This document shows positions 30,342 to 38,899 of a DNA stretch of 64,000 nucleotides, piece by piece. This stretch comes from an uncultured Bacteroidota bacterium (GTDB lineage: Bacteria; Bacteroidota; Bacteroidia; Bacteroidales; CG2-30-32-10), in contig CAWHOW010000019.1 in assembly GCA_963831005.1 (NCBI GenBank), forward strand, positions 250,000 through 313,999. Direction: 5' to 3'. The notes under the pieces were generated by a model. It was not told the DNA's origin, ran no database searches, and saw only the letters and a list, made by a program, of their open reading frames with translations. A program made the position numbers and the translations under genes. How positions within the stretch are numbered: position 1 is the stretch's first letter; each line of letters begins with the position of its first letter.

Positions 30342-31703
30342 AGAGAAAAGCAGATTGTGTAAACAGGTTTAAAAGGAATATAGGCTTGTGCTGAAGTGGA
30401 GCGCAGCGGAACGAAGCACAAGCCTATATTGAAAATTTTAATTTATCTTTAAACCAAATACCAAAATGCAAAACAAAAACGACACGGGAGATCAATTCCC
30501 CAAAGGCTTTTTCAAACAGTTTAAAAGCAAAGAATCATTTCAAGAATATTTTAATTCGATATTTAAGCAAGGCATAGAGGAGATGCTAAAGTGTGAACTA
30601 GAGGAACATCTTGGTTACCCAAAACATGCCAAAGATGGATACAATACAGGTAACAGTCGCAATGGGTCTTTTCCAAAAACTATTACAACTGAGAATGTAG
30701 GAGAAGTGATACTTAATATTCCAAGAGATAGAAACGGAGCTTTCGAACCACATATTATTCCCAAGGGAGAAACCATCAGTAGTAAGATAGAAGATGCGAT
30801 AATAGGTATGTACAGCCGGGGTATGACCACTTCCGATGTCCGCCACCAGGTTTTGGATATTTATGGACTGGAAATTAGCGAAACAACAGTTTCCAACATT
30901 ACTGAAAGTATCATGGAGTCAGCCAAAGAATGGCAACAGCGCACACTGGAGCCAGTCTATTATGCCGTATGGATGGATGGCATTGTTCTTAAAATCAGAA
31001 CAGATAACAAAGTGATAAACAAATGTGTTTATATCGTTATCGGTCTTAAACCAGATGGTATAAAAGAAGTTCTCGGATTTTGGATTGAAAAAACAGAATC
31101 TGCTGCCTTCTGGATGAGTGTTCTGACCGACTTAAAGGCCAGAGGTGTAGAGGATATTCTTATTGCTTGTACGGATAACCTCAAGGGCTTTACCCAAGCT
31201 ATTAATGCCGTATTCCCGGAAACTGTAACACAGCTCTGCATTGTCCACCAAATCCGTAACAGTTGCAAGTTTGTAGTTTGGAAGGACAGGAAGATATTTT
31301 GCCAGGATCTAAAAAAAGTATATACCGCCATCAACAAAGAAATAGCCCTGGAAGAGTTTGAAAAATTTAAACTCAAATGGCAGGGTAAGTATAAATATGC
31401 AATCACTTCATGGGAAACAAACTGGGACAGCTTATCCAATTATTTTGAGTATCCACTGGAGCTTAGAAGAATTATCTATACCACCAATACTATTGAAAAT
31501 CTAAACCGTGGTATCAGAAAATATACCAAAACAAAAACGCAGTTCCCAAATGAAAATGCAGCATCCAAATCTATATACTTAGCCATTAAAAACATTGAAG
31601 ATGCTTGGAAACTTCCAATCATGCATTGGGGACTCATTCTTAATCAATTTTTAATTATCTTTGAAGGGCGATGTAGACAGTGAATATCCTGTTTACACAA
31701 TCT
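30342..31703 (+). mobile_element. IS256-family insertion sequence, about 1.36 kb, with terminal 15-16-bp inverted repeats aGATTGTGTAAACAGG
   Basis: The inverted-repeat copies lie at 30342-30357 and in reverse complement at 31688-31703. They flank a single mutator-type transposase gene. No clear target-site duplication. Confidence 0.65.
30466..31683 (+). CDS. IS256-family (mutator-type) transposase
   Basis: 405 aa with the family architecture. The N-terminal block is ELEEHLGY, the D...D region is YAVWMDGIVLKIR / LIACTDNLKGF, and the C-terminal part is NTIENLNRGIRKYTK. Confidence 0.85.
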   Translation: MQNKNDTGDQFPKGFFKQFKSKESFQEYFNSIFKQGIEEMLKCELEEHLGYPKHAKDGYNTGNSRNGSFPKTITTENVGEVILNIPRDRNGAFEPHIIPKGETISSKIEDAIIGMYSRGMTTSDVRHQVLDIYGLEISETTVSNITESIMESAKEWQQRTLEPVYYAVWMDGIVLKIRTDNKVINKCVYIVIGLKPDGIKEVLGFWIEKTESAAFWMSVLTDLKARGVEDILIACTDNLKGFTQAINAVFPETVTQLCIVHQIRNSCKFVVWKDRKIFCQDLKKVYTAINKEIALEEFEKFKLKWQGKYKYAITSWETNWDSLSNYFEYPLELRRIIYTTNTIENLNRGIRKYTKTKTQFPNENAASKSIYLAIKNIEDAWKLPIMHWGLILNQFLIIFEGRCRQ

Positions 31704-32528
31704 CATTTATACTCTCCAGTAAACCTGCATTACAGCCTTGCCTTGAGGTGATGTGTTAAAGAAAACTTGCCTGTCCGTGTAAGCAGTATATGTAAGGTAA
31801 TTAAAATAGGAGTTAATGCGGGTGGCACTCTGAAACCCTACAGCTACAAGGCTTTTAGAACTGGGGGGGTACGCTGAAACACCCTGTTAGCAAGGGTGTT
31901 TCAAGAAGCGATGTCTTTAAATATGCTGTAATCATTGGTTCTTTTTGCTAATCAGATAATACCTTATCCCATTCCATAAAGCCAACAAACCATCAAATTA
32001 TAAGGTGTGCAAATATACTAAATTTTAAATAAACAAGAAATAAAAAAAATAATTGAACAAAGTAGAAGTATGCAGTAGGCAGCAGCAGTAGGCGGTAAGC
32101 AAAAAAAAGAATGACAACTAATGACAGCGAAGCGTAATGACAATAAATGACACAAAGTAAATGACATTTTAAAATAATAGGCAGTTGGCAGTATGCAGTC
32201 AGCAAATTTATTGGAGACTGAAAACTGTTGACTGGAGACTATAATTATCAGCGTAAATCAGTTTTTTCAGTATTATCAGAGTTCTATTTAAAAAACATTT
32301 GAACTTAAAACTCATGTTACGCAGAAAAGAAATTAACCGCAAAGAACACGAAGAAAAGACACGCAAAGAGCGCAGAGAAGTATATTTCTTTGTGAACTTT
32401 GCGGAAAACTTTGCGACCTTTGCGGTTAAAAAGTATTTGCGTAACATCAGTTAAAATATCAAACACTTTCTTATTCAATTCACAATATTTCCTTAACTTT
32501 ACGACTTTAAGTTTATACAAATCAATTA

Positions 32529-33743
32529 ATGCAATTTAACGAATTCGGATTCAGCCCGCACTTACTCGAAGGAATAGAAGCCCTCGGTTTCGAAACGGCA
32601 ACACCCATACAGGAGCAAGCTATTCCCATTATCATGCAGGGAAAAGACCTTATAGCTTCGGCGCAAACAGGCACCGGCAAAACAGCCGCCTTCCTGCTCC
32701 CTGTAATTGAGAAAATAACCTGCCTGCCGGTAGGCACGGCCACTTCGCCCCAGGATGGGAATATCCATGCCCTTGTTATTGTTCCCACTCGCGAACTTGC
32801 AGTGCAGATAGACCAGCATTTCCAGGGATTTTCCTATTTCACGCCGGTTAGTTCCATTGCCGTTTATGGTGGCACCGATGGCATTTCGTATTCGCAGGAG
32901 CAGCAGGCACTCACCGAAGGTGCCGATGTGGTTATATGCACTCCCGGCAGGATGATATCGCACCTCAACGGGGGCTATGTAAAGATATCGGAAATCAAAT
33001 ACCTTATCCTCGATGAAGCCGACCGTATGCTGGATATGGGCTTTCACGACGACATCATGAAAATAATTTCCTTCCTGCCAGAAAAGCGGCAGAACCTCCT
33101 TTTTGCCGCTACCATGCCCTATGAGATACGTTCCCTTGCAAGGAAAGTGCTGAAGGATCCTGTAGAAATAAGCATAGCCGTATCAAAGCCCGCCGAACGC
33201 ATCATGCAGGCGGCGTATATTGTCCACGACAACCAGAAGATACCACTCATTATAGAGCTATTGCTGAACAAGCAACTTCGATCTGTGCTGGTGTTTTGTT
33301 CCACAAAACTAAAGACCAAGCAACTCAGCGGCGAATTGAAAAAGTTGGGACTATCAGTGGAAGATATTCACTCCGACCTCGACCAGAAAAGCCGTGAAGA
33401 TGCCCTGATGAATTTCAAAAGCCGAAAACTGCAGGTACTCGTGGCAACCGATATTCTATCGCGCGGTATTGATATTGAAGACATCGACCTTGTTATCAAT
33501 TACGATGTTCCCAACGATTACGAAGATTATGTTCATCGCATTGGCCGTACTGCAAGGGCTGAGACGGAAGGAGTAGCAATCACTTTTATTAATGTGAAGG
33601 ACCAGATCCGTTTTACTGCGATTGAAAAGTTGTTAGGCAATCCGGTTTACAAGATAAAGTTGCCTGAACATTTGGGTGAAGCCCCCGAATACAACGCTCA
33701 TAAGCCAAGTCATGGTAAACAAAGAAAATGGAAGAAAAAGTAA
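32529..33743 (+). CDS. DEAD-box ATP-dependent RNA helicase
   Basis: It has the Q-motif, Walker A AQTGTGKT, DEAD box ILDEADRM, SAT-like AAT, and HRIGRTARA motif VI. Confidence 0.9.
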   Translation: MQFNEFGFSPHLLEGIEALGFETATPIQEQAIPIIMQGKDLIASAQTGTGKTAAFLLPVIEKITCLPVGTATSPQDGNIHALVIVPTRELAVQIDQHFQGFSYFTPVSSIAVYGGTDGISYSQEQQALTEGADVVICTPGRMISHLNGGYVKISEIKYLILDEADRMLDMGFHDDIMKIISFLPEKRQNLLFAATMPYEIRSLARKVLKDPVEISIAVSKPAERIMQAAYIVHDNQKIPLIIELLLNKQLRSVLVFCSTKLKTKQLSGELKKLGLSVEDIHSDLDQKSREDALMNFKSRKLQVLVATDILSRGIDIEDIDLVINYDVPNDYEDYVHRIGRTARAETEGVAITFINVKDQIRFTAIEKLLGNPVYKIKLPEHLGEAPEYNAHKPSHGKQRKWKKK

Positions 33744-34030
33744 TGAAGAAGGGCGATAAATTATTTGTAAGATTAGATTATAAGAATAGTGGAACTGAAA
33801 GAACGGATCAGGACTTTCAGGATCATATTGATTATTTAAAAGGAATTGCTTCCGATAGATATTTTGTTTGCGGAGGCTTTGCCAATATTAGTAGTGGCAT
33901 GATAGTATTCAAAGCAAAAGATATGGAAGAAGCAAAAGCAATTACCGAGCAGGACCCGATAATTGCTAAAGGTTTTTACAGGTATGGATTATTTGAATGG
34001 GACCTGGTGATAGTATCCGATAAAAAATAA
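33728..34030 (+). CDS. YciI-like protein
   Basis: About 95 aa with the YciI/Dabb-like fold signature (GKLFVRLDYKN.., DHIDYLKG, ..DPIIAKGF). The likely start is the internal ATG at 33743. Confidence 0.55.
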   Translation: MEEKVMKKGDKLFVRLDYKNSGTERTDQDFQDHIDYLKGIASDRYFVCGGFANISSGMIVFKAKDMEEAKAITEQDPIIAKGFYRYGLFEWDLVIVSDKK

Positions 34031-34032
34031 TA

Positions 34033-34866
34033 ATGAGAAAAATATCCTTTACATATATCATCTTTCTTTTTGTATTTTTCATTTCATCATTCACTTTAAA
34101 AGCGAATGATCTAAAGAACGATACATTATATATCGCTCTTTCCAAAGCCAGTGGAGGCGACAATTATATTCAATATGTAAAGTGGATAAAGCATTTTGAT
34201 AAGAATATTGTTTGCATTGATTTGATCAAGAAGAATCCCGAGCAAGCCTGCAAGCTTCTTGAAAAATGTTCAGGACTTATACTTACCGGCGGCCTTGATG
34301 TTGATCCTGCACAATTCGGAAAAGCTAAAGACAGCAGTCGGTGTGAACTTGATAAGAAGAGAGACACCCTCGAATTTGCATTAGTTAAAAGAGCTATGGA
34401 ATTAAAACTCCCCATACTTGGCATTTGCAGGGGCGAACAGGTTTTAAATGTTGCTATGGGAGGCTCGCTGATAATTGATATTCCAAAAGACCATGATACT
34501 CTTGTTCGTCATCAAACTAAAAAAGGAACGCATACAAAGCATTATGTAAGCCTTGTTCAGGGGACATATCTTTGTAATCTGTGCAATACAAAAGGAGATA
34601 CTGTTGCAAGCAATCATCACCAGGCAGTGGATAAGCCGGCAGATTGCTTTAAAGTTTCTGCATGGGCGAACGATAGCATAGTTGAAGCCTTTGAATGGAA
34701 AGATCCTCGGGGCAAGTCTTTTCTAATAGCATTGCAATGGCATCCCGAGAAACCCGATACTAAAAGCGCTTTGTCATTTCCAATTGGAAAGAACTTTATT
34801 GAAGAAGCAAAGAAATATAATGAAACTCTTAAAAGTAAAAGATTACAATTACTTTTGTCTAAATAA
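34033..34866 (+). CDS. Secreted class I glutamine amidotransferase-like protein (peptidase C26 / gamma-glutamyl hydrolase family)
   Basis: It has a signal peptide, the nucleophile elbow GICRGEQVLN, and the His region ALQWHPE. Confidence 0.7.
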   Translation: MRKISFTYIIFLFVFFISSFTLKANDLKNDTLYIALSKASGGDNYIQYVKWIKHFDKNIVCIDLIKKNPEQACKLLEKCSGLILTGGLDVDPAQFGKAKDSSRCELDKKRDTLEFALVKRAMELKLPILGICRGEQVLNVAMGGSLIIDIPKDHDTLVRHQTKKGTHTKHYVSLVQGTYLCNLCNTKGDTVASNHHQAVDKPADCFKVSAWANDSIVEAFEWKDPRGKSFLIALQWHPEKPDTKSALSFPIGKNFIEEAKKYNETLKSKRLQLLLSK

Positions 34867-34875
34867 TTTCACACC

Positions 34876-36354
34876 ATGAAAAAATATACACTTTTGAAAT
34901 CAATTGCGTTCACAATGTTCTTTACATTGTCAATTTCATTTTCTTATTCGCAAACCGGATGGCAGACGGTTACTTCATTCGGATCTAATCCCGGCAATTT
35001 ACAAATGTACAGTTATGTGCCCGCTGGCATACCTGAAAATGCTCCGCTGGTTGTGGTGTTGCACGGTTGTACTGAAAACGCACAGGGATTTGAGGGAGAT
35101 TCGGGTTGGGATACACTCGCAAACCATTATAAATTTTATGTGGCTCATCCGCAACAGTCATCAACTTTATACAATGATTGTTTTGATTGGTATACGTCGA
35201 CAGATTACAGCCGCAATCAGGGTGAAGCTCTTTCAATAAAGCAAATGATGAATTATATGAAGAACCATTATTCTATTGATAGTTCGAGAGTTTTTGTTAC
35301 GGGTTTATCGGCAGGTGGCTGTTTTACAGCTGTTATGCTTGGCGCATATCCCGAAGTTTTTGCTGCAGGTGCAGTAATGGCAGGAGCACCATACCAATCT
35401 GCAACTGATCTTACTTCTGCAGAAAATGTCATGTACGGTTTAGTAACTAAAACTCCTGCCCAGTGGGGTAATCTTGTTAGAAGTGAAAATCCATCATTTA
35501 CCGGGCCATATCCAAGAGTGGCTATATTTCAGGGCACAAGCGATATTACTGTAAGTCCTGTAAATGCAAAACAATTGATGTATCAATGGACAAATGTACA
35601 TAGAGCCGATACTGTTCCTGATTCAACAAATAATGCCTTTTGTGGTAATAGCAAGATACAGTTAAAGCAATTTCATGATTCTACAGGTAATACAGTTGTT
35701 GAAACATATATGATAGGTTCTATGTCGCATGGTATATCTGTATATCCGGGCACTTGTTTCCAACAAGGTGGGACTACAGGTTCCTATTCATGGAATGAAA
35801 GCTTTTATTCTTCTTTCTGGGCAGCTGAATTCTTCGGACTTATTAATAATCCTTATTCCATTACAGGTCCTATAACAGTTATGTATGAACAATCGGGCAT
35901 AGTATTTTCAGTGCCTAATCATTCAGGTTCAACATATCAGTGGAATTTTCCTGCCGGTGTTAACATTATATCAGGACAGGGAACAAATCAGATTACAGTA
36001 ACATGGGGTTATAAGTCAGGGTTTGTTACAGTTAATGAAACAGAATCGGGTTTATGCGTTGTCGGTCCTATTGAACTATTTGTTACCGCATCTATTAATA
36101 CAGGAATCAAAGAAAATAATGAAGATGGATTAATAACTGTATATTCTAATTCAGCGGATAATACTGTAAATGTAAAATCATTTCTGAAAAGCTATAATGT
36201 CTCTGTTTATGATATCGCAGGAAGAATTATACAGAAAGTAAATAACCTGTCCAGTGATGCAGTTATCAATCTGCCTAATATGCAGCAAGGTATCTACATA
36301 TTGAAATTAACAGCAGCAGATAAAACTTTCAGCAGGAAGTTTATTAAAATGTAA
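34876..36354 (+). CDS. Secreted esterase (PHB depolymerase / feruloyl esterase family) with a T9SS C-terminal sorting domain
   Basis: It reads PLVVVLHGCTENAQGF with the serine nucleophile GLSAGG. The C-terminal roughly 80 aa end ..GIYILKLTAADKTFSRKFIKM (T9SS CTD). Confidence 0.75.
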   Translation: MKKYTLLKSIAFTMFFTLSISFSYSQTGWQTVTSFGSNPGNLQMYSYVPAGIPENAPLVVVLHGCTENAQGFEGDSGWDTLANHYKFYVAHPQQSSTLYNDCFDWYTSTDYSRNQGEALSIKQMMNYMKNHYSIDSSRVFVTGLSAGGCFTAVMLGAYPEVFAAGAVMAGAPYQSATDLTSAENVMYGLVTKTPAQWGNLVRSENPSFTGPYPRVAIFQGTSDITVSPVNAKQLMYQWTNVHRADTVPDSTNNAFCGNSKIQLKQFHDSTGNTVVETYMIGSMSHGISVYPGTCFQQGGTTGSYSWNESFYSSFWAAEFFGLINNPYSITGPITVMYEQSGIVFSVPNHSGSTYQWNFPAGVNIISGQGTNQITVTWGYKSGFVTVNETESGLCVVGPIELFVTASINTGIKENNEDGLITVYSNSADNTVNVKSFLKSYNVSVYDIAGRIIQKVNNLSSDAVINLPNMQQGIYILKLTAADKTFSRKFIKM

Positions 36355-36383
36355 ATCAGGGTAAATCTAAGCAGTGGTTGTAA

Positions 36384-38093
36384 CTAATAAACTACAACTT
36401 TCTTTGTAATAATACTCTTAGCAGTAGTAACACTAATAAGAAAAATACCACTTTCAGATAGTGAAAAATATTCTTTTGTTTCTCCGGTAACCTTTGCTTG
36501 CACTACACTTTGACCTAAAGAATTATAGATTTTTATATCAGTTGAAGAAGCCGGAATTCCAACCGTAAATGCAGAGTTTGCAGGGTTGGGGTAAACTGTA
36601 ACAATATCGGAATTTTGTTCAGGTCTTGTATTGATGCCAACTGTTAGGCCGGGATTTAATTTTGCAACAAAAATATCAGGAGGGTTATATTGTCCACCTG
36701 AATTTAGCAAAGCAGGAGTGTTGCCAAATACAATTGAAGAATCTTCAAAGTATCCTGTAATATAAAGATATCCGTTTGGATCAGAAGTAATCGCTGAACT
36801 GTAGTCTATCTCATTTCCTCCGGCACTTACTGCCCATAAAGCATTTCCAGCATTATCATATTGAGCAACAAAAATATCATCATAACCGGAGTCTAGCAAA
36901 GAAGAACTGCCAAATGAAACAAGTGAATCTGCTATAACGCCTGTTACATTAATTTTTCCATCAGAACTCGTATTAATGCTATAACCAATATTGTCATCCA
37001 TTATTTTCGAACAGTTGGGTTGCCTTGCCCATAGTGCATTTCCTGATGAATCATATTTTGCCACAAAAATATTGCAGCTGTTTCCGGAAAATGATTTATT
37101 CATGAAAACCGTATCAAAAACAATTGAATCGCTCGCAAAAGCTCCTGTCAGATAAATACTGGTATTGAATATAGCAATGCCGCAAGCATAATCATTGGCA
37201 CTACCTCCTGCCCCTTTTGCCCAAACAACATTCCCGCTCGGATCATATTTGGCAAGGAAAATATCGGAAGACAACAGTTTTGCTCCTAATGATGAGGCGT
37301 TATTTGCCAAAGTATCATTATCAAATGCAATTAATGGACTTGAAAATTGTCCTGTTATATATGAATTGCCTGCAATGTCTGTAACTATACCTCTGCCATA
37401 ATCACTGCCAGTTCCGCCTGCACTCTTTGCCCATAATAAATTCCCTGTTGAAGTATATTTTGCGATATATATATCTTCAGCACAGCATCCGCCTCCTTTG
37501 TTTCTGATCTTAATAGTGTCGAATGAAATAACAGGACTTACGAAAGTTCCAACCAACAGAACATTGCCCGCAGTATCAATACTAACACCGTTCCCATAAT
37601 CTGTAGATGTACCTCCTGCACCTTTTGCCCATAAGGCATTTCCCGATGAATCATACTTTGCAACGAATACATCGCCACCGCCATAATTAATAAGAGTACT
37701 TGTCCCAAAATAAATAGTGTCGCTGTCAAATTCCCCGGTAACATATACATTACAATGGGAATCAGTTGTAATTCCATGGGCAAAATCCGAACCGTTGTCA
37801 TTCAATGTCCTTGCCCAGATTACATTTCCTTCGGGGGTATATTTAACAACATAAACATTAGCAGTACTTCCGGAAGAATCTGAATTAACGAGTGTTTTAT
37901 TGCCAAACGTAACTATAGGACTTGTAAAATAACCGGCAGCATAGATATAGTCCGCAGCATCGGTGGTTATGGTATTACCTTCGTCTACCAAATTACCACC
38001 TGAGCTTTCAGCCCATATCCATGAAGGGGTTTGAGAAAATATTTTAATGCCGGAAATAAATATTGCAACTAATAAGAAGATGGATTTTTTCAT
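36384..38093 (-). CDS. SBBP (beta-propeller) repeat protein with a T9SS C-terminal sorting domain
   Basis: Roughly 45-aa repeats (GxxVYVTG.F....FG...L...GG.D.F.AKY...GN.LWA) recur about 9 times. The C-terminus is VYPNPANSAFTV...KKVVVY. A signal peptide is present. Confidence 0.75.
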   Translation of the reverse strand: MKKSIFLLVAIFISGIKIFSQTPSWIWAESSGGNLVDEGNTITTDAADYIYAAGYFTSPIVTFGNKTLVNSDSSGSTANVYVVKYTPEGNVIWARTLNDNGSDFAHGITTDSHCNVYVTGEFDSDTIYFGTSTLINYGGGDVFVAKYDSSGNALWAKGAGGTSTDYGNGVSIDTAGNVLLVGTFVSPVISFDTIKIRNKGGGCCAEDIYIAKYTSTGNLLWAKSAGGTGSDYGRGIVTDIAGNSYITGQFSSPLIAFDNDTLANNASSLGAKLLSSDIFLAKYDPSGNVVWAKGAGGSANDYACGIAIFNTSIYLTGAFASDSIVFDTVFMNKSFSGNSCNIFVAKYDSSGNALWARQPNCSKIMDDNIGYSINTSSDGKINVTGVIADSLVSFGSSSLLDSGYDDIFVAQYDNAGNALWAVSAGGNEIDYSSAITSDPNGYLYITGYFEDSSIVFGNTPALLNSGGQYNPPDIFVAKLNPGLTVGINTRPEQNSDIVTVYPNPANSAFTVGIPASSTDIKIYNSLGQSVVQAKVTGETKEYFSLSESGIFLISVTTAKSIITKKVVVY

Positions 38094-38226
38094 AGTCAGA
38101 TAAATTTAGAACATACAAAATTACACTATAATTAAAGGAAGTAAAAGGAAAATTACAGAAAAATAACATAAAATAACAAAAATGGTATAACTTTGACAAT
38201 AAATTAAAATCTAAAACATAACCTTT

Positions 38227-38556
38227 ATGGATCATTCATTAATTACAACAGCTTTTAGTTTTGATGGCTATACAATAGAGAAAAATCTTGGCGTGGTAAA
38301 AGGAATAATTGTTCGCTCACGTTCAATTTTGGGTAATATTGGCGCTGCATTTCAGTCGCTTGCAGGAGGGAATATTACTTTATATACTGAGCTTTGCGAA
38401 AAAGCCAGGCGCGATGCTTATGAACTAATGATAAAGCATGCCGAAGAAATGGGAGCAAATGCAGTTGTTGGATTTAGATATGATGCAAATGAAGTAGCAT
38501 CAGGTATTACAGAAGTACTGGCTTATGGAACTGCAGTTTTAGTTAAAAAAGTATAA
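38227..38556 (+). CDS. YbjQ/UPF0145 family protein
   Basis: 109 aa reading [24 protein letters not shown]...NIGA..QSL.GG.I..YTELCE.AR..A...M...A...GANAVVG.RYD, the UPF0145 signature. Confidence 0.8.
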   Translation: MDHSLITTAFSFDGYTIEKNLGVVKGIIVRSRSILGNIGAAFQSLAGGNITLYTELCEKARRDAYELMIKHAEEMGANAVVGFRYDANEVASGITEVLAYGTAVLVKKV

Positions 38557-38639
38557 AAAAAGAAAGATAAACTCAGTGCTGTCTCAATAGATATAATCGC
38601 AATTTTTCTACAAAATAAACTATTTGAAATATAAAAGCA

Positions 38640-38665
38640 AAAGCACTTGATTATCAAGTGCTTCT
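38640..38665 (-). terminator. Rho-independent terminator downstream of tRNA-Pro
   Basis: Hairpin agcacttga-tta-tcaagtgct is followed on the minus strand by ttttgcttttatat. Confidence 0.55.
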
Positions 38666-38676
38666 GTTAAAGTTTG

Positions 38677-38750
38677 TCGGGGCGAGAAGACTCGAACTTC
38701 CGACCCCTTGCACCCCATGCAAGTACGCTAGCCAACTGCGCCACGCCCCG
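38677..38750 (-). tRNA. tRNA-Pro (anticodon GGG)
   Basis: The reverse complement reads CGGGGCGTGGCGCAGTTGGCTAGCGTACTTGCATGGGGTGCAAGGGGTCGGAAGTTCGAGTCTTCTCGCCCCGA. It has a 7-bp acceptor stem, the D-loop AGTTGG, and anticodon stem CTTGC/GCAAG with loop aTGGGGt. GGTTCGAGTC forms the T-arm. Confidence 0.85.
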
Positions 38751-38899
38751 ATTTTATTCCAATAATAATTGCAAATATAAAACAAAAAGTAGATTGCATT
38801 CACAAAAATTCTTTTATTTTGCTTTACAGTATAATGATTAAAGTATTTTGTTTGATTAGTTTCTATTTGTTCATCATAAATATCGGGGAGCTGATATAG

